In this document: piece by piece, positions 12,130 to 25,589 of the stretch
How positions within the stretch are numbered: position 1 is the first letter of the stretch
How the letters are laid out: every line of letters begins with the position of its first letter
DNA from: Batkoa obscura
Lineage: Eukaryota
Length of the DNA: 64,000 nucleotides
Assembly (NCBI GenBank): GCA_030770535.1
Contig: JASVEC010000001.1
Span: forward strand, 248,001 to 312,000
Reading direction: 5' to 3'
Position numbers and translations under genes: made by a program
The notes under the pieces: model-generated
Told to the model about the DNA's origin: nothing
What the model saw: the letters and a program-made list of their open reading frames with translations, nothing else
Database searches by the model: none

Positions 12130-14619
12130 ATGCCCGAAATTATAAAATCTGATAAACATACTCTTAGTCCACAACAATCTCTTAAAGCATCTAGAGGTCC
12201 ATTAACTCATAATGAACCAGGTGCTCCCACTGAAGCCACTACAGCTTCCTACCTTAAAGCAACTTCAAGCGAAAGCACTGACATTCTCGAGAAAAGGTTA
12301 GAGTCCTGGAGAACTGTTGTGAAAGATTTAATTAACTACTTTGATGAAATTTCCGACACTGAGCTTTCTACAAGCAAAGGTTTAGAAAAGTCATCCACTT
12401 GTATTGATGTGCCTTTTAAGGAAGCTCACTTTTTTGGTGATGACTCTAAGCCTGGTGTTCAAAACTTATTAGCTCAAATTCGTAACCATTCCCACCAGCA
12501 ATCCCTTTACTATCGTAATTCATCTGAAAATATTACTAATGTAACTATTAAGGATTTAAAGCAGTTAAGGGATGATATTAAATATCGTATTAAAGAGGTA
12601 AAGAGCGATTATAATTCTCTTAATTCTAAATTAGCTAGAACTAGAGATAATTCTATCTCACACTTTAAAAGTCTTAGTCGTGCAACAACTGAACGTGATG
12701 ATGTTACTTCCCCTGATAACGACCCATGGCTTGTAAACCACAGCTTTCAAAGACAGCTCCATAAAGATGTAAATGAAGAGAATAATTACAATAGAACCAT
12801 TGAGAACTCTATTAAAAGTTTAGAAAACTTTGAAGAGAGTATTGTTTCTAGAATCAAACAAATCATTGATCAGTACTATACTGATAAATCTAAAGGTAAC
12901 TTAAGTTTCGATCAACAAGCTGAGGTCATAAGGCAGCTTTCAAATAGTTTTGATGATGGAACTGAATGGAGAGCCTTTGGCGAAAGAAACCCAGATATTG
13001 TCCCTGTTGCTCCAGCTAAAGTCCGTACCGTTGAAGACTTGCAGCAGCCATTTAAAGAATCAGGATTATTGGAAACAACAAGAACCGGCATCTTGGAACG
13101 TAAATCAGGAATTGGAATGTTTAAATCATGGAAAGAATACTTCTTTGTTCTAACTGGCAGTGGGTTCCTTCATGCTTTCTCAAGCTCTGATTATCATAAT
13201 CAAAAGGAACCAGATTTTTCTATCCCACTTCGTAAAGCTACCTTAACTCCACACTTAGAAGACAAAAAAGACTCTCCATATGCATTTGAAATTACTGATC
13301 AATCTTCTGGAGGCGTCTTCAGCAGTGAAAAAACCTATTTACTTCGTGCCAATAATCAAAGTGATTTAGATGCCTGGTATAAAGATTTGTCCATGAGAGC
13401 TGATAGAACCCTTAGTGTACATAGTGATCGCAGCGGTGTTTCTCCATATGGAGTAGGTGCAGGTGCAGGTGCAGCAGCTGTCGGGGGTGCTGTAGGTGCC
13501 GCTGCAGCAAATAGACACCATTCAACAAAAGATACAAGTGTCCCTTATAATAATCTGGAAACTTCAGCTACCCATAACGCCCCACCTCACACAGCTAGAG
13601 CATCTGGTGTAAATCAAGGTGCACTAGATAGTCTTGCCACTGCATCTCCAACTGCTGTGTCTGGACTTGATAATACTGTTCATCATAACCAAGCCAATCC
13701 CGCCGTACAAGGCCAATCTCATTTGACTCAGGGAGCACCTTTGGGTACTACTACTAGTGAAGCAAGGCCATTACATAATGCTTCAGCTACTACAGCTACT
13801 GGAGCAGCAATGACTGGAGCAGCAATGACTGGAGCAGCAATGACTGGAGCAGCAATGACTGGAGCAGCAATGACTGGAGCAAGAATGAATGAAGCTCATA
13901 ATTCTAGAAACCACCCAGAAGGTATCTCAAGCAACCTTAGGTCCGGAGCAGGTGTGGGCGAAACTCATAATCTTAGAGGTCATCCAGAAGGCCCCTCAAG
14001 CAACCTTAGGTCTGGAGCAGCTATGACTGGAGCAGGAATGGCCGGAGCAGCAATGAACGAGACTCATAATACTAGAAGCCACCCAGAAGGTACCTCAAGC
14101 AACCTTAGATCTGGAGCAGGAATGACTGGAGCAGCAATGAATGAAACTCATGATGCTAGAAGCCACCCAGAAGGTACCTCAAGCAACCTTAGATCTGGAG
14201 CAGGTGTAACCGAAACTCACAATCTTGGAAACCATCCAGAAGGCTCAGGAAATGATATTTACCGTAAATCCCTTGCAGCTGCAGGAATGGGCGCTGTAGG
14301 AGGTACTGCAGCTAGCTCCATGTTATCTGGTCATAGAGCAGATGATGCTCAAAGAATGGCAGCCAGTGAAACTCCTAATTTGACCTCTCAAAGAGGTTTA
14401 AATAACCGTAGCTCTACTGAAGCCATATATGACGGTGATGGTCTCATGACTGATGAACAAAAGCGCAATGCAGCTATTATAGGTAATACTCCAAAGTTCG
14501 ACCAAGCACAAAATAGTTACCCAGATCAAGTAACTATCACTGCTCAAGGTCAAGAAAGAATCTATGTACCTTTAGATCCTAACAGTGCTGAAAATCGACC
14601 AGCTGGGCCCATGCCATAA
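12130..14619 (+). CDS. Slm1-like BAR plus PH domain protein with repetitive low-complexity C-terminus
   Basis: Helical N-terminal region (RLESWRxxVKDLxxYFxE, DPWL), PH domain (GILERKS..KSWKEYFFVLTxSGFLHxF...LRAxxxxDLDAW), then Gly/Ala-rich repeats. Confidence 0.82.
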   Translation: MPEIIKSDKHTLSPQQSLKASRGPLTHNEPGAPTEATTASYLKATSSESTDILEKRLESWRTVVKDLINYFDEISDTELSTSKGLEKSSTCIDVPFKEAHFFGDDSKPGVQNLLAQIRNHSHQQSLYYRNSSENITNVTIKDLKQLRDDIKYRIKEVKSDYNSLNSKLARTRDNSISHFKSLSRATTERDDVTSPDNDPWLVNHSFQRQLHKDVNEENNYNRTIENSIKSLENFEESIVSRIKQIIDQYYTDKSKGNLSFDQQAEVIRQLSNSFDDGTEWRAFGERNPDIVPVAPAKVRTVEDLQQPFKESGLLETTRTGILERKSGIGMFKSWKEYFFVLTGSGFLHAFSSSDYHNQKEPDFSIPLRKATLTPHLEDKKDSPYAFEITDQSSGGVFSSEKTYLLRANNQSDLDAWYKDLSMRADRTLSVHSDRSGVSPYGVGAGAGAAAVGGAVGAAAANRHHSTKDTSVPYNNLETSATHNAPPHTARASGVNQGALDSLATASPTAVSGLDNTVHHNQANPAVQGQSHLTQGAPLGTTTSEARPLHNASATTATGAAMTGAAMTGAAMTGAAMTGAAMTGARMNEAHNSRNHPEGISSNLRSGAGVGETHNLRGHPEGPSSNLRSGAAMTGAGMAGAAMNETHNTRSHPEGTSSNLRSGAGMTGAAMNETHDARSHPEGTSSNLRSGAGVTETHNLGNHPEGSGNDIYRKSLAAAGMGAVGGTAASSMLSGHRADDAQRMAASETPNLTSQRGLNNRSSTEAIYDGDGLMTDEQKRNAAIIGNTPKFDQAQNSYPDQVTITAQGQERIYVPLDPNSAENRPAGPMP
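13798..14250 (+). repeat. Nested coding repeats: 15-bp (TGAAM) and 69+15n-bp (HPEG..SSNLRSGA)
   Basis: ACTGGAGCAGCAATG x5 from 13798; HPEG units start at 13912, 13981, 14080, 14164 and 14233. Confidence 0.95.
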
Positions 14620-14784
14620 TTTAACTTTAATTCTAACAATAAATGATATACGAACATTTTAAATATTTTACAGTTTTTAATTATTCGCTTGTATTTAATG
14701 ATAAAATAAATATGGATTTGAAATTAAATAAATGAAATTCAAAAAACGAAAATATAAACAATAGAAAGAGTTACATTAAAAAAA

Positions 14785-17553
14785 TCAAAGTTTAAGTTCT
14801 GGGATTTTAAGCTCAGCAATATCGAGGTAGTACTTAAGGCACTCTGGGTTAGCCAACGTAGCAGTAGAGATACTTTCGATTGGAGTACCATTGATCAATT
14901 TTTTGACCGCCACTTCTACCTTTTTACCGTTAACAGTATAAGGAATATCTGGAACAGCTAAAATAATAGCAGGTACATGACGTGGGGATAATAAAGTTCT
15001 TATACGTAATCTCAAATTATTGATAAGCTCTTGAGTGAATTTTTGACCTTGTTTGAGTTTAAGGAATAGAACAACCCTTTCATCATCGCCAAACTTTTGA
15101 CCAACCTAAGAAAAATTGTTAACTATAATAATGAATAAATCAAATTAGATTACCACTAAACTATCTTCTAATTCAGTAAAATCTTCAACTAATAAAATTA
15201 ATTAGATATATTATTCTAAAGTGAGTTATATTAAAAACTTACTGCAGTTATAAATTTCAGCACTACCAAATCGAACACCTGCTGGATTTAAAGTACCATC
15301 ACTGACGAAAAATGAATATTAATATTGTTACGAAGATTAAACATTAAAGCTTACCTTCTTCCCAACATAAACACACCACCGGTTTTTGAGTTAATCAATA
15401 CGAAATCACCATGGTACCAAATGCCTGTTATTAATTATTAAAAACCTTATCTCCTCAACGCAAAAGAATGTTACCTTTAAATTGTTCAAAGTAAGCAGCA
15501 GTATATTTGGCATTACCTTCATCATTCCAAAATTTAACTGGCATAGCAGGGAATGCTTTAGTACATACTAAATCCCCACTACGATCTTCACCATGTACAC
15601 CTTTTTCATCCCAACTTTCAATCTTCATACCAAGACAACGGCATTGGATTTCACCTCGGTAAACTGGTAATGCTGTGCTATGTCCTGCAAATAAAGAACA
15701 AATGTCAGTACCACCTGTGATAGAACCTAAACAGAGGTCCTTGCTGATGTATTTGTAAACATAGTCATAATTTTCAGGTTTAAGAGGAGAACCGGTGGAG
15801 TATAAGGAGTGCAAAGAGGTCAATTGGAAGGTTTCATCTGAATAAAAGGTTAGCTATTGTGAATATAAATATTGTTTTTATCACTTACTTGGTTTAACTT
15901 TAGCTTCTTGTAAAGATTGAATGTATTTGGCAGAGGTACCGAAAATAGTAATTCTTTATAACAAATTAAGTTTAAGTTCTTGGTCAAAAATATGGTAAAA
16001 CTTACCTAAGCTTATCGACGAGCTCAAATAGCACATTAGGAGAAGGTTTGAATGGGGAGCCGTCATAAAGTACAATAGAAGCACCAACTGATAAACCAGA
16101 AACTAACCAATTCCACATCATCCATCCTGTCTATTAATATTAAAAATGAGCATTAAAAACAGTAATACAAAATTTTAGTGTCAAGAATTACTGTGGTATA
16201 TTGAAAGAAGATATCCTTTTCACTCATATTACCATGTATAATATGCTCTTTTTTATGTTGAAGAAGCATACCCTTTAAAAATAAAAATTAAGCAATTTGA
16301 TAGCCAATTAGTTATATGTATCTTACCCCTGCTGTATGTACTAAACATTTAGGTTTGCCTAATATATTACAATAATTAATATTATTCTTATCCTTATTAT
16401 ATAATTAATATTACCAGTAGTTCCAGAAGAGAATAAGATATATAATGGGTGATTAAATGGCAATTGTTCAAAAGTTAAAGGCTCGTCATCCTGTGGTGAA
16501 ATAAGATCGTTCAGTGTGACACTTCAATAGTAAATATTATATTAATTATTGCTTAAAACAATAAGAACTAAACTAAATTACCTGTTTGCAATTTTTGATA
16601 AATCCATAGAATGCGATTCTACAAATGGGAATACAACTACTTTTTTTAATGAATTTAGGCCTAAAACAATTCATCAATATTAATACACTCTATTTACATT
16701 GCTCATGTTGTTTTACCTGATACAACGCTTTCTACTTTATTTAAATGGTCGTGTACTTTTCCATTATAAACAATAGCATTTACTGAAAAAAGAACTTTTG
16801 GTTCAATTTGACTGAAGCGATCTAAAACCCCCTAAAATAATATTTAATTTTACTAATAATATTTATAGAAAAAAAACTTACATTAGTTCCAAAATCAGGT
16901 GAAGTTGAACTAAAAAACAAAATAAATATTGGGCATTAAATAATATAACTCAAACATACCTCCAAATAGCTCCAAGACTAGTAACAGCTAACATAAAAAT
17001 GATAGTTTCTGGACAATTTGGTAAATACCCAGCTACTCTATCACCAACAGTAATTCCTAACTTTTTCAAAGCCGAAGCCACTTGTCTAACTTTTTCATAA
17101 AGTTGAGCATAGCTTAATGAGCTAACTTCTCTCAACTCCCCAGCACCATAGATGGCAACCTTATTTGGATCTCTACACCATAATAAATTCTCTGCAAAGT
17201 TAAGTCGGGCGCCTTCAAACCAAGTAGGTATTTCATTCATGGGTTGATTTTCATCAACCACTTGGGTCCATGGTTTGCTACTGATTACGTGAGTATATTC
17301 CCAAATATCCGCCCAAAAATCAGAGATCTTGTCACAGGACCATTCGTATAATTGATTATAGTTTTCTTTTGTTTAAAGTTAGTAGTGCTCTCTTACTTTT
17401 AATCTGCAATTTCCACTTACCAAGTTTGAGACCATGCTTTTGATTAACCCAAACGCGGAATTTTTCCATATTGTGGCTAGCTAAATCTTTGGGCTCCCAC
17501 ATCAGTTGTGGTGACTTGATGTCATATCCAAGTTTTTTGGTTGATACCATCAT
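14785..17553 (-). CDS. AACS: Acetoacetyl-CoA synthetase, 15 exons, 672 aa
   Basis: Motifs [52 protein letters not shown], GRSDGTLNPxGVRFG, GKKVE. Fourteen GT-AG introns: 17420-17366, 16959-16910, 16881-16832, 16716-16661, 16581-16522, 16414-16359, 16326-16273, 16191-16131, 16005-15954, 15888-15838, 15474-15425, 15354-15302, 15242-15189, 15153-15106. Spliced length 2019 nt, divisible by 3. Confidence 0.93.
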
Positions 17554-18430
17554 TTATCGCTATTTTTAATGTTTAAATTGGAATAATAAAAAAACATATT
17601 TGATTCTTTTAAGTACCTTTTTATACAAAACTCGGGTTAGTAATTTATGGTGATTTAGGCTTCTATTTATTCCTTTTGAGAATAACTCTCTTTATTTTTG
17701 AGTATTTAATGAACTTGACCTACTTTTAGCTTTAAAAGTGCGATTCATACCATTGGAGACTTAACTTTGATTGATCACAATTCCGAATAGAAAAGTTTAT
17801 TGGTCCGGTTTTAGCTCCTATTGACCAATAAGAGTAATATTTTACGGGAAAATTGAAATGCTCCCTGATTTTTAAGTTTAATTAAATTAACATTGACTAG
17901 TGGAAAAATAGAACGATTTTATATTAAAATAAATAGGTGCTGATATTTATAATTATTGATTATCTTAATTTTCCTCTAAAAACGAGTAATTAAAGCTTAT
18001 AATTAAAAATTATCTTTTCATTATATAGCTAGTAATCCTTGCGTAGATTTTGAAAACATTTTATTAATAAATCGAGATATAAAGCATATTTTTGAGTTTA
18101 ACTAACAATTTCGAGTTTTATATTACTTAAAAATTGAACAAAACATTGAAATGAAAAAAGACACTATGATGTAAATTTATTTAGATAGGCTATCATTATC
18201 TGATTTGAAAAATTAGTATCTGGGACTATTTATTTAAATTTTAGCACTTTTATAATAAACTCATAGATAAACTTATACTAAAGGTTTGATTTTTAGCTTT
18301 GATTTTTGAAACTTTGCAAATTTAAACCCATTACAAAAAGGATCATGTTTTCAAATTTTGGATTTAGTCAACTAAATTTATAAAATCAATCTAAAAAATT
18401 TACAATTTAAAACAGATCCTTAAACATGAC

Positions 18431-19852
18431 ATGTCGCTATTTTTATTTCTATCTTTTCTACTCTATAATATCAATGCTATGATACCGGGGGTAACTTATG
18501 GTCAATGTGTGGTAATAGAAGATGAATTATATTATTTAGGTGGGAGGATCGACATACCGAACATGGGGATATCAAATGACGAAAATAAGCAAGTGTTTCA
18601 ATTAGATTTTATAAAAGGTATAAAGTTAGTTGGTAATATGACCGAATGGGAGGCATACAATATGAGTAATCCATTGTCAATATTTTTAACGTTTAGTAAG
18701 TATTTTCATATTGGAAATCAAATTCTAGTGGCCTTTCATGGCTATAGTGATAAAGAAACGATAACATTTAGTTATTTTAATCTTAAAACAATGGAATAGA
18801 GTAAACAGAGTTATAAAAAGCTTCATCAAGTGAATAAATCAAGGATATTTAGTAATGACAACGACTACAATAAGCATGAACTTGATATTTTACAAGATAA
18901 GAAGAATTTAAATCAATTTTATGTTTCTAATAGATTACATTATCTCCAGCTTTACCAGCTAAATTAGTATCGTTTGATGTCCAAACTAAACAAGTGAGTA
19001 CTATTTACCAATCAAAAATAGGATGTTCTATGCAACAACTATTTACCAGTAATAATAAACTATACTACTATGAAATAGCTGCCAAAAGAAGTTTAGCTAC
19101 CGATGATAAGTTATTGTATGAGCTTGGTTTGACTTCACACAAAATAAGAAAATACAATGCCAACTTTAAGGGCCTTAGGATTTTATCTATAGTTGAGTTT
19201 AATCAATCTGTTTATTTTATTACTGATACTGATAAAATAGTTATCTATGAACTTCAATTTCAAACGTTTGAGCTAAAACTATTAAATAAAACAATTATGA
19301 TTAGTAGTGGTGGATGTTTTGCTACTTATAAAGATTATTTAATAATTTCCTTTAGTTCAAATAGGATTAATCCCGTTGAGTATGAAAAATTATCTAAAGA
19401 TAATCCAGATGATTATTCTGTAGCAAATTTCTGAAAGTTCCAATGAAATCAAAATTTTCAATTTAATTAATTGGGAACAACTAGACGGTATACCTTCATC
19501 AAGTAGTGATCAAAATAAAGGTATAGAAGCAATCGATAATTTTAAGGGTACTATAAACGATAATAGAAATGGATTATTGATTAAGAGTATTTTAGGTGGG
19601 ATAGGATGATTTTTTTTAATTATGGGAATTGTAGTATTCATAATACATGAATATAAATCAAGAAAAAAAACCTCCAAATATAATTACTGAACCCATTCAT
19701 ATTAAACCAATCAACCCATTAGATGGCAATAATAGTTATTTTAATACTGAAATCTTTAGTCACTCACATGAAATTGACAACGTCATTACCTACTACCTTT
19801 AGAAGCATATATTAAAATTTCAAGAGGTATAGATACGAATGAAGAAAAATAA
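18431..19852 (+). pseudogene. Kelch-like single-pass membrane protein family, copy 1 (disrupted)
   Basis: Signal peptide and CVVIEDELYYLGG; premature TAG at 18797-18799, further frameshifts and stops; tail PIHIKPINPLD..YFNTEIFSHSHEID still readable. Confidence 0.88.
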
Positions 19853-20174
19853 CATTTACTTTTGCATATCAAACTTTGTCAATATTTCTTGTATATTTTT
19901 ACATAAGTTTAAATTAAATATTGATTCTTCATGAATTATAAAGATTAAACATTATTAAGTCAAACATAATCGGTTTTAATTATCTCTGTATTTAAAAATT
20001 ATACACTATTAATATTTGACTTTCATATTCCATACTAATTGAAAGCTAATTTAAAATGTTATTAAAATAGTTTAGAATAATTTTTTTGTTAACTTCTTAA
20101 ATAAAATGATTAGTGATAGAAATTATTTTATATGATTTGAAATATTAATTTTTTTCCTTATTTCCATCCGTAGT

Positions 20175-21535
20175 TCATAAATCTTTAATATGTGTTTCAA
20201 TATGCAACATGATGATAGTGTTATCAATTTCTTGGAAATGACCAAATATTTCAGTGTTATAATAATCATTTTTAATATCTAATGGGTTGATCGGCTCAAT
20301 AAATATAGGTTCACCAATGAAACTTAGGAGCCTTTTTTTGATAAGTTATATTTATACAATACAATATTATAACTGTTGTTACTGAAATCACCCCACCTAT
20401 CTCTCTCACAATCTCTCCAATCAACGAGCTAGTGTCATTGTTTAATACGCCTGTAGGATTAACTTTGTTTTTATCTATTAGAAGTATACCATCTAGTTGT
20501 TCCCAGGTAGTTAAATTATAAATTTGAGCTCTATTTGAACTTTTAGCAACAGTTGGAGGAATATAGCTATTTGTTATAATATCAAATTCACGTGGTCCAA
20601 TTCTATAGTTACCGAGGGAGCTTATCAAGTATTTTTTGTAAATAGTAAGCCATCCATGACCACTAAATATAGCTTTATTGTTTGTTTGTTTAAAAGTTAA
20701 GGATTGAAGTTGAAACTCATAAATTTCAGCTTAAACAATACTACCAGAATCAAAAACAAAGTAAACCGAATTATTAGATTTAATTCTAGATAACTCCAAA
20801 TGTTTTACAAAATCAACATCATACTTTCCTATTTTATGTGATGTTAAATGTAATTGAAATAATACTTTGATGTCACTAATTGGTATAAATTCGCCTCTTG
20901 ATATTTCAGAGTAGTATGATTTATTATTATGTATAGATTGTTGATATACAAAATAACCCCTATTTGATTCATAAACTGTTTTTGTTTATTTAGTGTTTAT
21001 ATCAAATGATAATATTTTTGTTAACAAAGTTGGTAAAGAAATTTCAGTTATAATGTAAAGCTTATTTAGATTGTGTCCATCTTGTAAAACATTAAAATGA
21101 AAATGATGATGCATGTTATCTTTTTTAGAAAGAGATGTATAAAAGACTTGGTGAAATTCGCCAATGCTGTATTCGACATACCATTCCTTTTTTTCAATAT
21201 TAAAACGACTATATCCCAATGTCACTTCTGCTCTATATTGATCAAAATGAGATAATGCTTTATTTGCAATAAGAAAACATTATTATATTGGTCGGTAAGC
21301 CTTGATGAATTTGTCATATTATATACTTCCCATTCTGCGGTATTAGTAACTAACTTTACTCTTTTTTTTGAATCTAATTTAAATAATTGATTGTTAGCTT
21401 TATACAAATGCATGTTTTGTAAACAAATATGTTTACACAAGTAACACGATTTGTTATCTACTATTATACATTTATCACCAACTACTCTTGGTACTACTGC
21501 TTTAGTTTTATAAAATAAAAGTAATAGTATAAAAA
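20175..21535 (-). pseudogene. Same family, copy 2 (disrupted)
   Basis: Fragments AVVPRVVGDKCIIVD, VKLVTNTAEWEVYNMTNS, LQDGHNLNK, SSNRAQIYNLTTWEQ and PIFIEPINPLDIKNDYYNTEIFGHFQEID in different frames; ends approximate. Confidence 0.88.
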
Positions 21536-21723
21536 AATTTGAGTTAAAATCTGAATTTAATTGAAAGTATAAATTCCAATCAGAAGTTACACAGTGTTTT
21601 TAGCGATTAGTTATCTCGAATATTGTCCAAGTATATTTTATTACATTAATTTAAGGCTAACTTAAAACTTTATTAAAATTAATTATAATTTTAGATAGCA
21701 ACTGATTGGTGTTATTTAAACTG

Positions 21724-23340
21724 TCAATTTGCTTTTTCTTTATTTCCTTTGATGATTTTTAAATCCTCAGTTTGTCTTTCAATGGGTAGTATGGCAATAG
21801 TTTCATCAATTTCTTGTGAATGGCTAAAAATTTCTGTATTATAATAAATATTATTAGCATCCAAAGCGCCAACCAGTTCAATGAAAATAGGCTCAATAAT
21901 AAAATTTCGAAGTCTTTTTTTTTAAATTTGTCTTTATGGAATATAAAAACTATCATTGATACTACTATAATAACTCCAGCTATTCCGCCTACAACACCTC
22001 CAATTAATGAGCTACTGTTACCATTTCTATTGTATTTATTATCATCACTTGTTTTTTTATTTTCTTGTCCCCATTATCATTGCCACTATTTAATACTGGT
22101 ATATCGTTCATTTGCTCCTAATCCACTACATTGAACATCTTAATATCATTCGAACTTCAGTATTTATAGTTGGATCTTGTTCATCACGCTTTACTTCTAA
22201 CGTATAACTAGTGGACTTTTTAATCTCATCTGGATTATCATGCTTTTCTCCTGAAGTATAAGTAGTTGAGCTACTTTTCGACGATTCTTCAACTTCAGTA
22301 AGATTAATTAGATTTATGCCAAATAAACTCATAAAACAATTACTATACGTAACAAGGCATCCGTTACTATTAAATAATAACCTTTTATTTACCTTTTTAA
22401 ATTCAAGTGATCGAAGTTGGAGTTCATAAATAATAACTCTGCCATCATAATTCTCATCGACAAGAAAACAAACTAATTGATTAAATTCTACTATATAAAA
22501 TACCCTAAGGCCGTTAGAGTTGACATTATATTGTTTAGTTTCATATGGGCTCAAACCTAATTAATACAATACCCCATCATCAATTATTAAATCAGACTCA
22601 ACTGATCTTTCAAGGAAATATAATTTACTATTATTGATAAATAATTGTTCCATATGGGGGTGTTTTTTTTGGCTTCATCACTTTTTCTTCTACCTATTAA
22701 GCGCTGTTTGAGTGGAAAAGTTATCAGTAAAATTCTTAAACAAAAAAATACATCCCCGCATAATGACCTTTCTTTAGTTGACAAATAGTTTTCACTTCTT
22801 TGGCCTGGATATCGAATGATGGTAGTTTTGCTAGAAAAGTTGATGACTTGTACTTATTAGAAGTATAAAATGTATTTAAATTCTTTTCATCATGCAATAT
22901 CTTAAACTCTTGTTCACTATCCCTAATGTCCTTTTTAACAGTAAATGTCATATTTATTTAATAAAACTCTTTCATAAAATATCCTTCACTCCACCTCATT
23001 TTTTCAATATCCAAGTAATTACATTTAAGCTCGAATTCCTTAATAAATTGTTGTAGAAAGCCATCAATTCACTATTTCCAATATAGAACAGATTGGGTGT
23101 TCCCATAGGTTGTTTTAGTGAATTGTCTAATCATAATTATCTCACTTAGCAGTATTACCGCTTAATTTTACGCCTTTTTTAAAATACAGTTTAAACATCT
23201 GCTTATTGTCTCTTTCTACATTTATATTTGGCATCCAACATATCCAATTATATAATATAGCATGTCACCTATTACTATATATCCACCATTATGTAACCCC
23301 GGTACTATTGCATTAATTTTATAAAAGTTAAATAAATAGT
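21724..23340 (-). pseudogene. Same family, copy 3 (disrupted, MITE insertion)
   Basis: KINAIVPG near 23320, LHDEKNLN, IYELQ, remnant TM segment and tail NTEIFSHSQEIDETIAILP; MITE at 22656-22757; 5' end approximate. Confidence 0.85.
22656..22757 (-). mobile_element. MITE family A, copy 5
   Basis: GGGGGTGT...ACATCCCC; flanks ATAT/GCAT (degenerate duplication). Confidence 0.88.
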
Positions 23341-25517
23341 CGATTTGGTTTCTAAATACTTGTAAATATTTTATTAAATCATGAAGAGTCCAAGAACCCA
23401 TTTAAATTTAAAAATAATATAAAATCGGGGTGTGGTTTATGGTTGTACAAGAAAAATTTTATTGTAAAAAATAGATACCACTAATGGTTTTTATAAAAGA
23501 AAAGCCTACACTTCTAAATACAAGCTAATACTAACGCTAACACTAACACCAGCATTGGGCCAATATTTTCAACTTGAAGGCTAGTGTAAAAATAATTAGC
23601 CCTTTGAAAATTAACCACAACTGCTTTTTAATTTAATTAGCATTTATTTGGTGGAATTTTTTATATTAAAATATAGTTTTTATTTAAATAAATATTTGTT
23701 GATTTTCTATGAAAATATTCATTAAAAAAAGTTTTCAAATGTTATATCAACAAAAACTATATAAAAGACACATTGATAAATATTAAGTTAAGATAGATCG
23801 ATGCTCAAATCTTTTTTGATGTTTTTTATAAACGAGTTTGTATAATATTGAGAGATAATACTACAATTAAATATAGATAAGATAATAACTTAAAAGTTGC
23901 TATTTTCGAATGTGGGTTTTAGTTTTATAGTAGTTTACTAAACTAGAATATCAATTAATTAAACAAGTATAATCAGTAGCATGAATTTAAACCACGATAT
24001 TACACTATCTTGAAATCAAATAAAATGTTTCTTAGTAATTGGTCAGTAGGGTATATTAATAACAAAATAATATCTTTAAAGTTGTGTATAATATAATTAC
24101 ACATACTTTAACACATTATTATTTATTGATCTATTATCAAATCTAAGTTTAACCAAGCGATAATCTACAGATTGTAAATGAATTACAACTTGCACTTGTA
24201 GCCAAAGTACAACGAAAATCCTTTTTTGTCCATTCCTGTAAAGATTGAAATATTACTAAATATATTCCACTTTCAATAGCATTTTATTAGAATCTTTAGC
24301 AACAAATGACTCAAGTGTAGCAATTACTTTATCAACCGTATCATAGTAGTTTTATTATATTACATTATTAAATATTTGATTTAATATTTAAATAATCTAT
24401 TATCTTATCAAGATTCAGCATTCAAGATATCCTTAAAACAAGCCCTTAATTATCAAATAATATTTATAATCCAATGTAAACTAGTGCGTGTAACTAAATG
24501 TAGTTTATTCTCACTATCAATAGGATAATTGATATCCGTTTCATTTCTTAAAAATGGGCAATGAAATCTTCTCTATTCTCACACTAATTCCCGAAATCCC
24601 ACTTACTGAATTTGCCCAATCAATCTCCCTGACTTCAAATTCTTACAAAAACCACCAATTTAGGCCAGCTTAACTTGCTACCATTTTCCCACCATGCTAA
24701 AGTTCATTGGTTGCTCTAAGATTAAAAGATACCTTTATTTTTATGATTAATGCTCCAAATCTCCCTTTTATTTCAAATTGATTAGAATATCACTTGTGAT
24801 TGGTTATAGTAAAAGGGATAAGGTTGATTACTGATTATTTGATTTTTTTAAATTTTCCCACGCTAATCAAAACTTACCTTTTAAAATAAAAGCATGGGTT
24901 CAATTTCACCCCCTAATTTGTATTACATCACCTTAATTTGCTAATTGTACACTATCTGCTGTATCCCTTGAATGTTAACCATAGCTTTTATCTTATCTTT
25001 TTTGTTAGGCGCGGTAAATAATTAGAACTTTATATTGTAAAGGGATAAGAATGTTGTGATTTTTTGGTATTTTAGACAATCGAAATAGAATAACACAGTA
25101 GTTTCAATTACCTCATCTATTTTTTAAACTAGTAATAATTTATTAATAAATTTCAAAATAAAATCTAGTATAATTCGAAAATAGCGTCATAAAGAGGGAA
25201 TTTTCCAAATTTGGTATAGTTTAACAGCCGAGATTAAGTTTCTATGCCCAAAATAAACTTCCAGGTATTAATTTATGATAAGTTAAAAATGGAAAGAATA
25301 AATACTCATCAAAGAGAAATTCATTTTTTTTGATCTTTTAACTTTTAATTGTTAAGTGTGTAACAATTTATTCAAAATTTCTCTTTAGTATTTCAACTAT
25401 CGAAATTCAACCCTATCAAAATTTCGATTCCTTTACTCTGTTTAACCATTGAATTTTTATCTAAACGTTCAATAACATCTTAGTTTATATCTCTTCCAAT
25501 CCATCCATTTTATAAAA

Positions 25518-25560
25518 GTAAGTTTTCTATTTTATTTCCATCCCTTTCTAACCCTTATAG
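25518..25560 (+). other. Probable 43-nt 5'-UTR intron of FAS
   Basis: GTAAGT at 25518, CTAAC branch point at 25548-25552, TAG at 25558-25560, 29 nt before the ATG. Confidence 0.7.
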
Positions 25561-25589
25561 ATTTATTTGTACTCAATACTTTATAAATA

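Noticed and set aside
13798..14250. CRISPR-like repeat-spacer array
   Set aside because: In-frame coding repeats with non-unique spacers, eukaryotic context and no cas genes.
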